A stretch of DNA of 64,000 nucleotides from the human T2T-CHM13v2.0 reference genome, Homo sapiens, in assembly GCF_009914755.1 (NCBI RefSeq), contig NC_060933.1. The stretch is one strand, 5' to 3'. The translations under genes were made by a program, and so were the position numbers. Positions 15,831 through 29,899 of the stretch are shown piece after piece (position 1 is the first letter of the stretch; every line of letters starts with the position of its first letter). The notes beneath the pieces were generated by a model. That model did no database searches. It was given only the letters and a program-made list of their open reading frames with translations, and was not told the origin of the DNA.

Positions 15831-18040
15831 TTCGCTTTTGATCAGGAATCTCTCTCTTTTTCCTTCTTCTCGGCTCTGCCTTCTTCCCATCTCAGGCAGC
15901 TATCCTGGTGGTGGCTAAAAGGCCACAAAATGTCCAGGCTTACATCCTCTCCTATTTCATTTGCAACAAAATGAGAAAGTCTCCACTGCAAATGGTTCCA
16001 GCAAGAGTTCTGGGTTTGAGGCTTACTGACTTTTATTGGTCCTCTGACTTAATTATGAAGGACAGGATGGACATGATCTGACGAGCCAGACTTAGGTTGG
16101 AGACCCACTTTTGGTGCCTACAGTGGAGGCAGCTCCATCAAGACTGTGGTCTGAAAACGGAGGAAGCGTCTTTTTCAGAAAATACAGAAAATGCAGATGC
16201 TGCTCCAAGAAATGGGAGAAATGGATACTGAATCAATACAGCAATATGTGCCTGCTATACCCACCTCATCCACAGAGCTAGTGGTGACATGTAAACACAC
16301 ACAACAAAAAAGAACAAAATAAATATTTGAGGGCATCAAGATAATGGATATAAAATAGTAAATACAGAAATAAGATTAACGCAGAAAATGAATACAGCTA
16401 AATAAATATAAAATGCAAAATTGAAACTTTCCAGCAATGTGACTGTAGCATGAAAGATTAATACATTTTTCATTTAAAAAAGACTGAGAGGAAATATTCC
16501 AACATGCTGACAGCTTTGTAATGTGCCTAGAGGTGAGGGGCGGGGGTGGGCAGGAGTTTCTCTCTTAGCATAGTGAGGCCAATATTATAACCTATAAGAA
16601 GTAAGGTCAAGATAAATGAATGGGAAGAATATGATTTTTTCATATATATTTGATGGGGGTCTTCAGAAGGAAATTAATTTTTTTCCATAGGAGAATGTTA
16701 TCCACAGCCTGGAATAGAAGCCCACCACTGGATCTCCCCCAAGCATAGAACAGAGCCCAACTTTCCCCTCTGTAGGGCCAGCAGAAACTGGAAGGGGTGG
16801 AGAGGGGAGTTCACAAGATTTGGTGGCTGCCTGGGAAATTGTCCAGACATAAGAACTAGACAAAGGATGTGCAATGGAAGGTTTAGGGAGGAGAAGACAG
16901 ACTGATGGGGCAGTGGGTAAATAGAGAGGCCTGAGGGAAGTGCAGGGGGAAGTTGGGAGTCAGGAGTGAGGCAGTGACCAGAGGCACGTAGGCACTCAAA
17001 TGAGGGACAAAAATGACCACACTACACAATCATCTCTTGACTCTCTGTCCCCGTAATTTATTTTTCTCTCCGTGAGATATGACTTTGGGAAAATTGCCTA
17101 AATTTTTCCCTAAAGAACTATGTATTTTGCATTAGTGTCCAATATGTGAGCTCAGGTTGAGAAAGGTGGAGCTGACGGTGCCAGGTCTAGGAGACATAAT
17201 GTTCCCCACCCTCTGCTGCCATGTTCTACTGGGATCAGCAGCACCCTCACTGTGGAGAGCCGGTGGCAAGGCCTCCCCCAAGAGACTATGACCTAGATAC
17301 AGAAACAGCAATCGCCGTGTGCGGGTGTCAACAGCCTGTGAGATCAAGCTCGATCACACTCAGACCCTGCCCACCTCCAAGGCTCTATTTTTGCTACTCA
17401 CTTCACTCCGCACCCCCGGGCTCCCATCGTTCTTCTCGTTCTCAGGATAAGTTGCGGTGTCCCCTGTCTCCCTGCCTTTGCACAAGTGCTCCTTCTGCCT
17501 CATGAACTTGTTTAAGACCCAGTTCCACGGTTACAGCGTCGGTATAGTCATTCTTCCTCAGCGTCAATCTCTCTGCCACTACCCTCTCCCAAGAACAAGT
17601 CATTTCCTCTCTGTGCTTCCTCACTTGCCCAGGCTGTTATATGGCAAAATGTTCCTGGGCCTGAGCCTCTTCTTTCCTTCTTTACGTGTGTCTCATTCCT
17701 GGACTATGAGTTCTGGGAAGTCAGGGAACAACTATTTTTTGTTTGGCCCCTACTATCACCTAGCCCAGTGCATGACATATGGTAACCACTTGGTAAAGGT
17801 CTGGAAGAACGAACAGAAGACACACAGATGATAGAGTGAACTTATTCACTCATTAATGAATTAATCCAAAATTCTTTTAGTTATAAAATGCTATGGTACA
17901 AATATTCCTACTGAATATGCAATAGCATTGTACATTTGAATATATTCTAAATGCTATATTTAAAACACTAATATGTATATTAAAGTTATATATAAAATAT
18001 AAAAAATCTGTATGTGTATATATCTAAAACACAATGATAA

Positions 18041-18343
<303 letters not shown>

Positions 18344-18697
18344 TCAATGATAATTTTTAAAGGAAAGTTTGCTAATCTTTGTTCTTTTCATATTGAAAGA
18401 TTTTTTATGACAAAACAAGGAATGACGTGAAGAAAATTAGGAGCTACAAATTCTAATATCTAAAGTATGGCTGGTTTTAAATACCTGCACTCAAATCTTT
18501 CTGTATGTTTCACCAATTGTAAGACAACAATAAAGATATCTACTTGCTGGTTTGATTTTTCAAACCAAGAAACAAATACAAAACAGAGTTGAAAGATATT
18601 CATAAAAAGGCACAACTAAAATAAGAGAATAAAAAGGTAAAAACTGTCATTGTCTCCTGAAAGACAAGTGAAACTTGGCCATTCCCATTCAAGTTCA

Positions 18698-19020
18698 CTT
18701 ATTCATTCATTTATTCAATAAATACTTTTTGAGCACCTACTATATGCCAGGGCTCTAGACAGTAGAGATAGAGCACAAATTAACCAAACAAAAACCTCTG
18801 CATTGATGGAACTTTTATTCTAGAAGCATAAGAGATAATAAACAAATAAATAAAATATATAGTATGTCAGATGGTCATAACAGCTATGGAGAAAAACAAA
18901 GTTGGAAAAGGAGTTAGAAAGTGTCAGGACAAGGGAAGGGGGCACTGTCATGTTAACTAGATGTTCTTGGAAGGTGACATTTGAACTAAATCTGGGGAGG
19001 TCCTGCGTGGTTTTGGGGAA
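18698..19020 (-). mobile_element. L2 3' end
   Basis: attcattcatttattcaataaatac...gagcacctactatatgccagg. Confidence 0.7.
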
Positions 19021-21401
19021 GAAGGAAGGGACATGAAAATGATCACACTTTTTTTTCCTCTCTAGTCCTGTCCTCAGGATCTTGCATTCCACTGCGCTGT
19101 GTTTATTGGTAATGACCCACACTTTTAATTAATTAAATGATGCTGTCAGACTGAAAGAGACACTCCATCCAATAGAGATGGAGCATGGTAGCTTGACTCA
19201 GACCCTGAGGGATGGGCAGAGACTGGATGTGGTGCGAGGCGAGGACAGCAGGAAGGATAACGTAAGCAGGAAGAGGGCCTGGGCAGACAGGAGCACCGCC
19301 TGCTTTAGGGACAAGCTGGAGATCTTCCCTGCTCCAACAGAAAGGTAAAGAATAAAGCTGGTTTTGTGAAGTGGGCATACGAGCTAGCTAGAAAAGGTCA
19401 CGCTTGGTCATAGAGGCTACAGGAAGTCACCAAAGCTAAATGAGCAGAGAAGAAATATGGTGAAACAGGTATTTTAGTAAACTTCATCTAGTGATAGAAT
19501 CAGATGAGATAGGAGAAAGAAGAGGCTACAGGCAGTGAAGCCATTTAAAATCTTATTTTTGTTATCTAGGTATTAATTTATAAGGGCTGGACCGGAATGA
19601 AAGCCACTGTGAGAACAGTGATATTTACAAAGAAGTGATATTTATAAGAAATAAATGGCAGACCTTGGTAGGTGATTAGATCTGAAGGACACAGGAGGAA
19701 AAAAAGTTAGAGCTGACGTATTTCTAAAGTTCAGAGAGAGGCAAGCAGATGGAGTCATTCCAAGATACAGGCCTCTGTGATCCAAAGACGGTGTGACTTA
19801 CTCGGGATTACACAATTAGCAAAAAGCTGAAGCCAGAACCCAGATTTCCTGCTTTTCCCTCCACTGGATGACTCCAAAGTTTTAAACCTGGAAAATGAGG
19901 AAGTAGTGTGCCACCACCGACCCCCCAAAAAATGTGTGATTATGGAGAGATAGCTAGCTTCCAGTTAAGTAGGGTAGATGGAGAATTTTAGTTTTATACT
20001 GGAGTTTGAAGATGTTAGAGTACAGAAATCTGGGAAATAGGCAAAACTTTAGGATAGGAAATGGCTCTGCCCTTACTAGTTTGTAATCTTGGTCAAGTCA
20101 CTTAACTTCTCTAAGCCTCAGTTTCTCCAGTTGCAAAGAGGTATGTGTGGGGGGGTTAATGTTATTATTTAATGGTTGCTATGAATTAATTTTTATAAAG
20201 GACTTGGAGCAGTACCCGGTACAAGATAAGTGTTATTTAGTTGTTTGTTCAATAAAATAGGTAAGATGCAATGTAGAGAAAGAGGTCGGCTTTCTGGGGA
20301 GGTAAGAAGAAGATGTGGGGAAAACTAGAGCATTTAGGATAATTGATGTATGGTCTGAGATAGAAGTCAAGGGAAGAGTTGTATAAAGGTGAAAAACAAA
20401 ATTGAATGACACAAAGATACGGAGAAAGAGGAAGGCCAAGAGAGACCATCAGATGCGGAAAGAAGGAGGCCTCCCAGAGTTCTCTCTGGACAGAGGGCTG
20501 ATGGAAAACGAAAGAGGCAGTGAGAATAAGGAAGAAAGGCACTTGGATGGCTATTTGCCAGCAATATGTGAATGTATCTAACAGCAGATCAAACTTGAAA
20601 ACAGGCATTTGACTAAATTAATGGATAACACATTCATGGTGAATTGTTAAAAGAGTGTTAAGGAAATCTGGAGACAATTCTAACCATCAAGAAATTGACA
20701 GCACAGAGGATAATAATGCTGGCCTAACCTTCATGGTTAGGTACCAAATACTAAATCTATTGCAGTATGATCTGAGGCAAGATGGAAGGTTTTATGATTC
20801 CCACATTCACCCAAAAAGTTTCCTTGATTGCAAATGCTGAAAATCTGAGATGCTTTCATTACATTTTATTTATGTTTGTGTGAAACCAGTATATTTTTGT
20901 TCTATATGAAAATGTATGTCATAAACATTCAGAAATTCAGAGGAGTTCATCCGAAAGGCTGACATGGTACACCGTGGACCGAAGCCTCTGGGGCAAAATG
21001 TTTTCTATGTATCATTCGTTGAGTCTCAGTTTGAAGAAGTACTTACACATTTGTTCTCTTTGTATTTTGCTATCCAAATGTTTGCTCATAAATTCCAATG
21101 TAGTAAATAAGGACAGTTTTGAAAGTCAGAAACTCTAAATTTCAAAAAAGCTTTATTTTTCTTTGGGTTTGTTTTCGTATGTAGTCTATTGTAGTCTATG
21201 CAGTGAACTTTGTCTTATATGCTTAAAAGGGCACTGATATTTGGTGGGCATTGGGGGGCGGGGAGTTACCTAACCAGTACTGAAAAGTTACTAAACTACC
21301 TGACACAGCTGAAACCAGGAAGGAAGGCTGTATCAGGAAGAGACTGAATATAGTCCTTAGGTGGATTTTAGTATTAGGTGACAAATTAGGTTGTATTGGA
21401 C

Positions 21402-21729
21402 TGGCACTGTCCAATAGGAATATAATGAGGCTCACAAATGTGAGCCACATGTGTAATTTTACATTTTTAAAAATGCAAACCACATTTTTAAAAGGGGAAA
21501 ACAAACAGGTGAAATTAACTTTAATAATATATTTTTTATATCCAAAGTATCATTTAACATGCAATCAACATGAAAATCATTAACAAGACATTTTACACGA
21601 TGTTTTCTGCGCTGTCTTTAAATTCCAGTGTACATTTTACACATCCAGCAGTGGGCAATTCAGACTAACCATAATGCCGAGTGGTCAATAGCCACATGTG
21701 GCTAGTGGCTATCATATTAAATAGTGCAG
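21402..21729. mobile_element. MER33-like hAT fossil
   Basis: cactgtccaatag...tagccacatgtggctagtggcta...atagtgcag. Confidence 0.75.
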
Positions 21730-21758
21730 GTTTGAACCAAAAATACTTCGCTTTGGTT

Positions 21759-22052
21759 GTTTTTTTTTTTTCTTTTAGACGGAGACTTGCTCTGTCGCCA
21801 GGCTGCAGTGCAGTGGCAGATCTCGGTTCACTGCAACCTCCGCCTCCCGGGTTCAAGTGATTCCCCTGCCTCAGCCTCCCAAGTAGCTGGGACTAAGGCG
21901 TGCGCCACCACGCCCGGCTAATTTTTTGTATTTTAGTAGAGACGGGGTTTCACCACGTTGGCCAGGATGGTCTCGATCTCCTGACCTCGTGATGCGCCCG
22001 CCTCGGCCTCCCAAAGTGCTGGGATCACAGGCGTGAGCCACCGCGCCCGGCC
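21759..22052 (-). mobile_element. AluSc-like, CpG-rich
   Basis: tgtcgccagg and ggccaggatggtctcgatc diagnostics; TSD gctttggt. Confidence 0.9.
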
Positions 22053-22535
22053 TGCTTTGGTATTTTTTAAGAGCAAGTTGGTAAATGGAGGCATTATATG
22101 GAGAGTGCTCGAGTATATATAGCACAGGTTAGAGCAGCACGCCGGCACCTTGAAGCGAACACGGGCTCCTCCACTCCCGTCAACACTGGGACTTTTCTGT
22201 TTTTATCTTGAGTTTGAGGCCGGGCTTCTTAGCAGACCTCAGTCTGAAACTGAAATAAACCTGGACGCAGCGTACCCTTGAATCGCAAGAACGCCGCCTT
22301 CAGTGTTTCTCCGGAGAAAAGCATTCACGCCAGGTTGTGACGAAAACATTTTTTGAGAACTCATAATGTTTATTCCTTGGATGAATCCATTATATTTATT
22401 TAGTGTCTCAGGAAGGATGATGGGCATATTGCTTGCAAAAGTTGATTTGAATCCTGATAGATTCCACTAACTTTTTTGTCTTTTTTTTTGGCTGCCTTCT
22501 TCGAGAATGGTGTCAACCCTTAATAACACCTAGCC

Positions 22536-23423
22536 TTACGAATCCCTGGGGTGATTCCCGACCTCGCCAGCTTTGTGGGGCTCCCCCGACTTGCCTACAT
22601 TCCCTGGCAGCCTCGCAGCTTCGGGCAGATGGAGCTTCCGGCCTGCGCGCAGTGGTCGCCTGTCGTCCGCCCGCGCTCCCTTCGGCCGGAGGTCGGCGGC
22701 CCCGGGCAGAGCGCGCCGTCTGCCCCAGTATCCGGAGGCCAGTTCCGCGCTGGGCCCACGCCCTCCTCGCCCGCCGCTGCCTGCGCGCCAGGCCGGGTGG
22801 CGGAGCCGGCCGTCGCTGCTCCGAGCTCGGGCCCTCCCCCGGGGTGATTTCGGCTTAGAAGGTGGAAATGCGGAAGTTTCCAGCGCCGACTGACAGACGA
22901 GGTTTGCGCTTGGCTGGGCATGTTCCGCGGCTACTCTGCGGCGCGCCAGGCCCCCGCTTTCCGCACCCCGCGACCCTAGAAGCCACCGAACCGCCGGCGG
23001 GCCATGGCCACTCTGCCGAGCGCAGAGCGCCGCGCGTTCGCGCTCAAGATCAACAGGTAAGACGCCCCCCGCGGCGCGCAGGTCGCGGCCGGACAGCCCA
23101 GCGCTGGTGTGAAGCGGAGCTTCGCTGCAGGGGCCGAGGCCGGACGAGTCCATTCGCGTCCGCGGCGGGGCGCGCCTGAGACCTGGGGCGCCCGGTTCCC
23201 GAGGCTGCGGCGGTGGAGCCGCTGGACGCGCGGCGGCTCCTGCGCTGGGCCCGGCGAGGTCCTCCCCAAGAATCTCGGTGCTCCTGGATGTCCTCAGCCG
23301 CCGGGGATCCCTTCCCCGAACAACCTCGCCCGCTCCGCCCTCCAGGTTCTTACAGGTGGCCGGGTCCCAGAAGGGTGATAGGCGCCTGGGTAACCGTGTT
23401 GGGCGCGCCACGGAGTGTCTCAT
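22536..23423 (-). CDS. C9orf66: C9orf66 putative 295-aa ORF (DOCK8 antisense; coding status doubtful)
   Basis: ATG at 23423 (MRHSVARPTRLPRR...HPRDS*), 888 nt open, recognised as C9orf66. R/A/G/P-rich composition is typical of CpG-island ORFs. The track ORF starts 8 codons earlier at a non-ATG codon. Confidence 0.55.
   Translation of the reverse strand: MRHSVARPTRLPRRLSPFWDPATCKNLEGGAGEVVRGRDPRRLRTSRSTEILGEDLAGPSAGAAARPAAPPPQPREPGAPGLRRAPPRTRMDSSGLGPCSEAPLHTSAGLSGRDLRAAGGVLPVDLERERAALCARQSGHGPPAVRWLLGSRGAESGGLARRRVAAEHAQPSANLVCQSALETSAFPPSKPKSPRGRARARSSDGRLRHPAWRAGSGGRGGRGPSAELASGYWGRRRALPGAADLRPKGARADDRRPLRAGRKLHLPEAARLPGNVGKSGEPHKAGEVGNHPRDS
22920..22979 (+). other. Upstream ORF (19 aa, MFRGYSAARQAPAFRTPRP*) in the DOCK8 5' leader
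   Basis: ggcATGt at 22920, TAG at 22977-22979; same frame as the main ATG 84 nt downstream. Confidence 0.6.
23004..23056 (+). CDS. DOCK8: Dedicator of cytokinesis 8, coding part of exon 1 (17 codons + 2 nt; phase-2 intron follows)
   Basis: gccATGG strong Kozak at 23004. Translates MATLPSAERRAFALKIN(R), recognised as the DOCK8 N-terminus. Canonical donor AG|GTAAGA at 23056/23057, inside a CpG island. Confidence 0.96.
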
Positions 23424-24274
23424 AAACGGCTCCTTCCTTTGAGGCAAGTCTGAGCGCGGGGGGAAGAAGTGAAGTGGCTGAAATTAGAGTTGCGTTTGAG
23501 GCAGGCTGCAAGCCTTCTGTTGTCCTGAGCAAGGCTCTGTCCTCGCCTGCTTCATTATTCCAGAAAGAGCTTGGCTCCTGGTGGCATCGCTATTTTTATA
23601 CCCTGGTCCAAAGGAGCCATGAAGTGGAAAAAGTGATTTTTTAAAAAATCTACACTTAAATAAACCAAAAGAAATGGCCTGTGGCTGACATTTTGAGATT
23701 TACAGAACTCCAGCAAAAAGCTAAGGACTGGGGGATCCCAACTCACCATCCAATTCCTAATCAAAGTTGCACAAACTAAATATGTAAGCACATTTACTGC
23801 TCAAAGTTCTCAGTAAAGGTGCTTTAACTGCAGTTTTTCCTCCACTAAAAACTGCTGACAAGTAATTGGGACATTTTTGTCTTGCCCTGAGAAAGCTAGA
23901 CTGTCTAGTTAAAAGATAATAGGAAACTCATTCTAAAGTGTCATCTTATTCTATTGCCCACAGGGCTGTCCGATTTGTTAATCTTCACTTAGCTGAGCCT
24001 GTGAAAGGTGGATTCCACCGTAGGTTCATCTTTGTGCTGTTAGTGTGTGAAGAGGTTTGAACAAGGAATTAAAAGCCTAGAAAAACAAGGCGATAAGGTC
24101 TTCTAGAGGGCATATCGAGCTTTATTGACGATTTTATTTCCACTTGATACATGACTGCCAGCAAACTGTTTCTCTTACCTTACTATTTCGTCATCTGTAA
24201 AATGAGTTTAATTATTTATGTATATTGCATATTAATGTTGGAGGCCAAAAGGTACTAGTCAAAAGGCATAAAGA

Positions 24275-24590
24275 GGCTGGGTGCCATGGCTCACACCTCT
24301 AATCCCAGCAATTTGGGAGGCCCAGATGGGAGGATTACTTGAGCCCAGAGTTTGAGACCAGCCTGGGCAACATAGTGGGACCCCTGTGGCTACAAAAAAA
24401 TAATTTTAAAACATTAGCCAGGTGTGGTTGCATGCACCTGTAGCCCCAGCTATTCAAGAGGCTGAGACAAGAGCATCGCTTGAGCCCAGGAGGATCACAG
24501 CTGTGATCATGCCACTGCACTCCAGCCTGGGTGAGAGAGTGAAACCTTGTCTCAAAAAACAGACAAAAAAAAAAAAAAAAAAGCAAAAAC
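24275..24590 (+). mobile_element. AluJ
   Basis: Dimer with a small deletion; TSD aaggcat(a/g)aag. Confidence 0.88.
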
Positions 24591-26844
24591 AAGGCATGAA
24601 GTATATCAGGGATCTCCCTATGGGAATTTTTTTCTACATTAAGGTTCATAGCTGTTGCATGCCAGGAGGGGTAATTCATTCAAGGAGTATAGGGAATCAA
24701 ACTGAAGTTACTGATGGGTGTATTATTTGCTATAGCTCCTGATCCTCTGTCTTTGTGAATTTTAGATCAGGAAGTGTGACTGGGGCAGAAAGATGTTAGA
24801 AACTATGGGGTTGGGCAGGGTTGATCTGGGGTGAGTGGCCGAGACCCGGACTAATCCTACAGGCAGTCTTGCAAGCAACTGCGGGGTCGGTGTCACCTGG
24901 GGGTTAAGAATAAAGGCCCTGGTTAGTGTCTGATCTGCTTGCAAATTGGCTCTCTGCTACAAAGTCACTGTGCAACATTGGACATGTTACTTAACTTCTC
25001 TAAGCTTTGGTTTCTTTATGTGCCAAGTAGAGTTGATCATAGTACCTACTTCTTATGACTGTGGGGAGGATTAAATGAATAATAGGTACAAAGTCCGAAT
25101 TGCCAAGTGCTGGATGTGTAACATACACATTGGAATTTAGAGACAGTACAGAAAAAATAATGCAAAATGTCTTGTTAATGATTTTCATGTTGATTGCATG
25201 TTGCTTGTAGTGTCTGGCTCAGAATAAATGGTGAATAATTCTTAGTTGCCATCATTAACATTACAATCAGCTTTACTGCTGTCATTATCTCCATCATCAC
25301 CATCTTTGAGAGCCTAAGATAGAAAGGTAGGAAGGAAAGCTGAAGTTGGAGAGCTTCAGGCAGAGATCAGTTTGGGTTAGGTATGGAGATGCCAGTGGCT
25401 GGCTGGGAGCTTTCTTGGGGCCAATGTTTCTCCGCCTGTGCCTTCCATCTGGTGCTGAGAACCCAAAACACATTCAATGGAAGAAAATATGTGATGAAAT
25501 CTGATCAAGAAGAGCCCCCTCAAGTTTAATAAAGTATAAAAGGTTCTATAATCCTCAGGCAAGAAAATGGATTGGAAATTCGTATTCTTAGAGTTCTGTT
25601 TTCCTTTTTGAAGCACTCTGTGTATTGTGTGGGAGAGTTATGCTAAGGAGCTTGGCAGAAATTATTATTCAAAGGAGCAGATTAATAAGGACATACCTAG
25701 TATTCATATATCATTTAATTTCACCATTTATTGTTTACTTATTGTGTCCCAGACACTATATTATACAGTTAATGGATTTTATGATTAAATTCTCACAAAA
25801 AGCCTATCAAACTCATGAAGTCTTGTACAGAAGAGGAAAAGGAATCTTGGAGGTACAGCTGCACAAGGCCATGTAATTTTTTCAAGACCATACAACCAGC
25901 AATGGCAGAGCTGGGATTGCAAACTGCTCCAAAGACTGTGCTCTTAATTGGGCCGATTGTTATTTTGATGCATATGTATCCCAAGAATTTCCTTTAAAGC
26001 AAGAGGGGAATTAATTTTTAAAAAATCATCATTTTGGTAGCAGCATTGGCAAAGTGTTCTGTTTCTGATTAGTGTTTAATATATAAACATTAACAATGTG
26101 ATGTTTTGCAATGTTGAAGGTGGAAAAGAAATGTTTTCCCTTACGTGCCTACCTATTATTTTTTTTAAATAGGTCAAATTCCAAAAGTAAGACTGTGTTG
26201 AAATATGGCCATTAGTACATTCAGCATGTGCTCATGTTTTTCACCTTACTACTCAGAATAGTGTAAACTATCTCTTAAAAATATTTGTGGGATAAAACCA
26301 GTGTGCTTCCTGTTAATGAAGTATTCAAATCTGATATATTAAAAATATTATTTGTAAAGCGTTCAGTTCTGACCACACCAGTCTCCAGAAGGAGTGAGCA
26401 GACTATCTCACAGTCTGAGAAGAAAGGTGAAATTAATTTTCTTGTAAGTGCTATATACTTGTCTTCATTTCCATTTTTTTGTTGCTGACTTGCGTGCCAA
26501 GGAAAGACTAGATCTAAGTTAGGCAGTTCGTAATAACATTTGCGTTTGGGATTTCAGGTGCTGCTGCATTAAATGTCATAACATGGTACTTGTGGGAACA
26601 TCTAGTCTTGTTAATTGCCTTTTTTCTTACTGGAATTTAGTGCCTTTGTAGATTATAAAAATTATTACTAGTACTCTGAAAATTTATTAAACAAAATCTT
26701 AGTGTCTTTCAAATACAGAATAGATGTAAAATTTGATCAAATATTAAAGTAAAATAAGAACCTTGGATAAAGAGGACGAAAGTGTAGAATGCAGAAAAAA
26801 ACATTAACCCTCTTGTGGACAGTCAGGATTGAAAGGAAGAAAAA

Positions 26845-27095
26845 ATAATGGCTTACACTTCTAGAATGCTTTCTATGTGGCAGAGACAGTTCTAAATATT
26901 TACATATCGTAACTCATTCACCTCTATGAGATAGGAGCAATGACTATCTCCGTTTTACAGATGGAGAAACTGAGTGCAGAGAAGATATAGAAATTGTCCA
27001 AACTCACAAACAACTAATTAAGGTCACAGCTGAGATTCAAATGCAGGCAGCCTGGCTCCAGAGTCTTCTCTTTTAATCATTATACCATGCTGCCA
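26845..27095 (-). mobile_element. MIR
   Basis: ttttacagatggagaaactgag core. Confidence 0.75.
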
Positions 27096-27214
27096 TCTCA
27101 GTTTTATTTTAAAATAATAATAGGTAACATTTATTAATTATTTACTATGTGCTACATATTGTGCTAAGAACTTTATATACCTTCATTTCGTCCTTTCAGA
27201 AAAGGAACAAACAG

Positions 27215-27522
27215 AGCTGGGTGCACTGGCTCACGCCTGTAATCTCAGCATTTTGGGAGGCCAAGGCGGGACGATCACCTGAGGTCAGGAGTTCAAGACC
27301 GGCCTGGCCAACATGGCGAAACCCCGTCTCTACTAAAAAATACAAAAATTAGCCAGGTGTAGTGGTGTGCACCTGTAATCCCAGCTACTTAGGAGGCTGA
27401 GGTGGGATAATTGCTTGAACCTGGGAGGTGGAGGCTACAGTGAGCTGAGATGTGCCACTGCATTCCAGCCTGGGCGACAGAGTGACACTCTGTTTCAAAA
27501 TAAAATAAAATAAAAAATAAAA
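27215..27522 (+). mobile_element. AluSx
   Basis: Full dimer; TSD aaaaggaacaaa. Confidence 0.9.
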
Positions 27523-27641
27523 AAGGAACAAAGTATTAGGCATAATAATCATCATCAGAGAGTGATTTTATGAAAGACAAAAACAAGGTGGCAAGAAGAG
27601 AGAATAAAGTTACATAAAGATAGCATTTAAGAACAACCACA

Positions 27642-27932
27642 GGCTGGGCATGGTGGCTCACACCTGTAACCCTAGCACTTTGGGAGGCCTAAGCTGGTAG
27701 ATGGCTCGAGCCCAGGAGTTCGAGACCAGCCTGGGCAACATAGCAAAACCCTGTCTCTACAAAAAATACAAAAATTAGCCAGCTGTGGTGGCTTGCACCT
27801 ATAGTCCCAGCTACTTGGAAGGCTGAGATGGGAGGATCACTCGAACCCAGGAAGTTGAAGCTGCTGTGAGCAGTGATTGCGCCACTGCACTGCAGCCTGA
27901 GAGACAGAGCGAGACTCTATTTAAAAAAAAAA
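27642..27932 (+). mobile_element. AluJb-like
   Basis: Full dimer with J diagnostics. Confidence 0.88.
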
Positions 27933-28573
27933 GGAACAAACCCAATAATTTTGGGCATAACGACCAGAGCACAATGAGCTACAGAGAGCTTTCTGAGAAG
28001 TATTTGCTAATTTTATCTGCAAAGATAATACAAGCATAAAAATATATGTATTCAAATGTATAGATGTGTATCTGCAGTGAGAGCAGAGCTGTTCCTCAGT
28101 AGTGGGGGTGGCTGGCAGAGTGAGGTAGTGTGCTTTCAGGAATTGCTTTATTTGTCTGATGTGTTCTAGACCAAAGACCAACAGAGGGGCTTGGGCAATC
28201 AGACACAGAATTTTTGGCCTTTCACATTTAGAATCGGTTCCTTCCAGATTCTTGGAAAAGGTCCATTTGTGCTTTAGGCATCTAGTGCTATTCTGAAGAT
28301 GCCTTACAAAATGTATGCTGAAATAACCTTCTACCAGGGTGAATTTTCTTCATTTGGAGTTCTTTGAGTTCTGACCATTTATGTATATTGATGAAGCTAA
28401 TGTTTACTTCTTCATAGACCAGTGGAAAGAAAACGTAGTAACATGTAGTTGCCCAGGGAAAGATGAAGAACTCAGGGGACCAAGTCTCCCATCTCAACTC
28501 CCCATAAAGGTAGTGATGGAATGGGATGATGTTAAAAACACCTCAACTTTCCGTCCTCTTTAAGGGACCGTGA

Positions 28574-28967
<394 letters not shown>

Positions 28968-29337
28968 AGTCTTACCCAGTCAGCAGCAGAAAGGCTCTCT
29001 GGGCTCTAGGTAAACACATGAAATTTATATAGTGTGTTTAAGTGTGGTTCCTGTGCTTCTGGAGTTGGCACAGTAGTGGTACCATTTGCTGTATCGACAA
29101 CAGTGGGGGTATAGACGAAAAACAGATTGACACCTCTGAAAGTATATATGAACACATGTCGATGCAGCATTTCTGGTGAAACTAAGCAAATTGATAAAGT
29201 TGGCCTAGGGTACAAGACATTATGTCATGTCCCACTGCATTATGATTAAACCCAAGATTAGAAAGGAGAAATGATGGCAACAGAACCAGTTTCTCCAGCT
29301 GTCTATTCTCATGTTCATCATCACAGATAGGAAAGGG

Positions 29338-29899
<562 letters not shown>

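Larger units (their letters stand above)
22540..23500. promoter_or_regulatory. CpG island / DOCK8 promoter and first exon
   Basis: Very GC- and CpG-rich block in AT-rich surroundings. ETS core GCGGAAGT at 22870-22877 overlaps kB-like GGAAGTTTCC at 22872-22881. IRF-type GAAACTGAAA lies just upstream at 22246-22255. Confidence 0.92.
21135..23920 (-). ncRNA. DOCK8-AS1: DOCK8 antisense RNA 1 (single-exon transcript carrying the C9orf66 ORF); ends approximate
   Basis: Known antisense gene overlapping DOCK8 exon 1. A minus-strand AATAAA at 21152-21157 is a plausible poly(A) signal. Both ends come from my recollection of the annotation, not from the sequence. Confidence 0.55.

Noticed and set aside
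22551-23425. Many other 68-108 aa ORFs in the CpG island
   Set aside because: Stop-codon scarcity in GC-rich DNA; mostly non-ATG starts.
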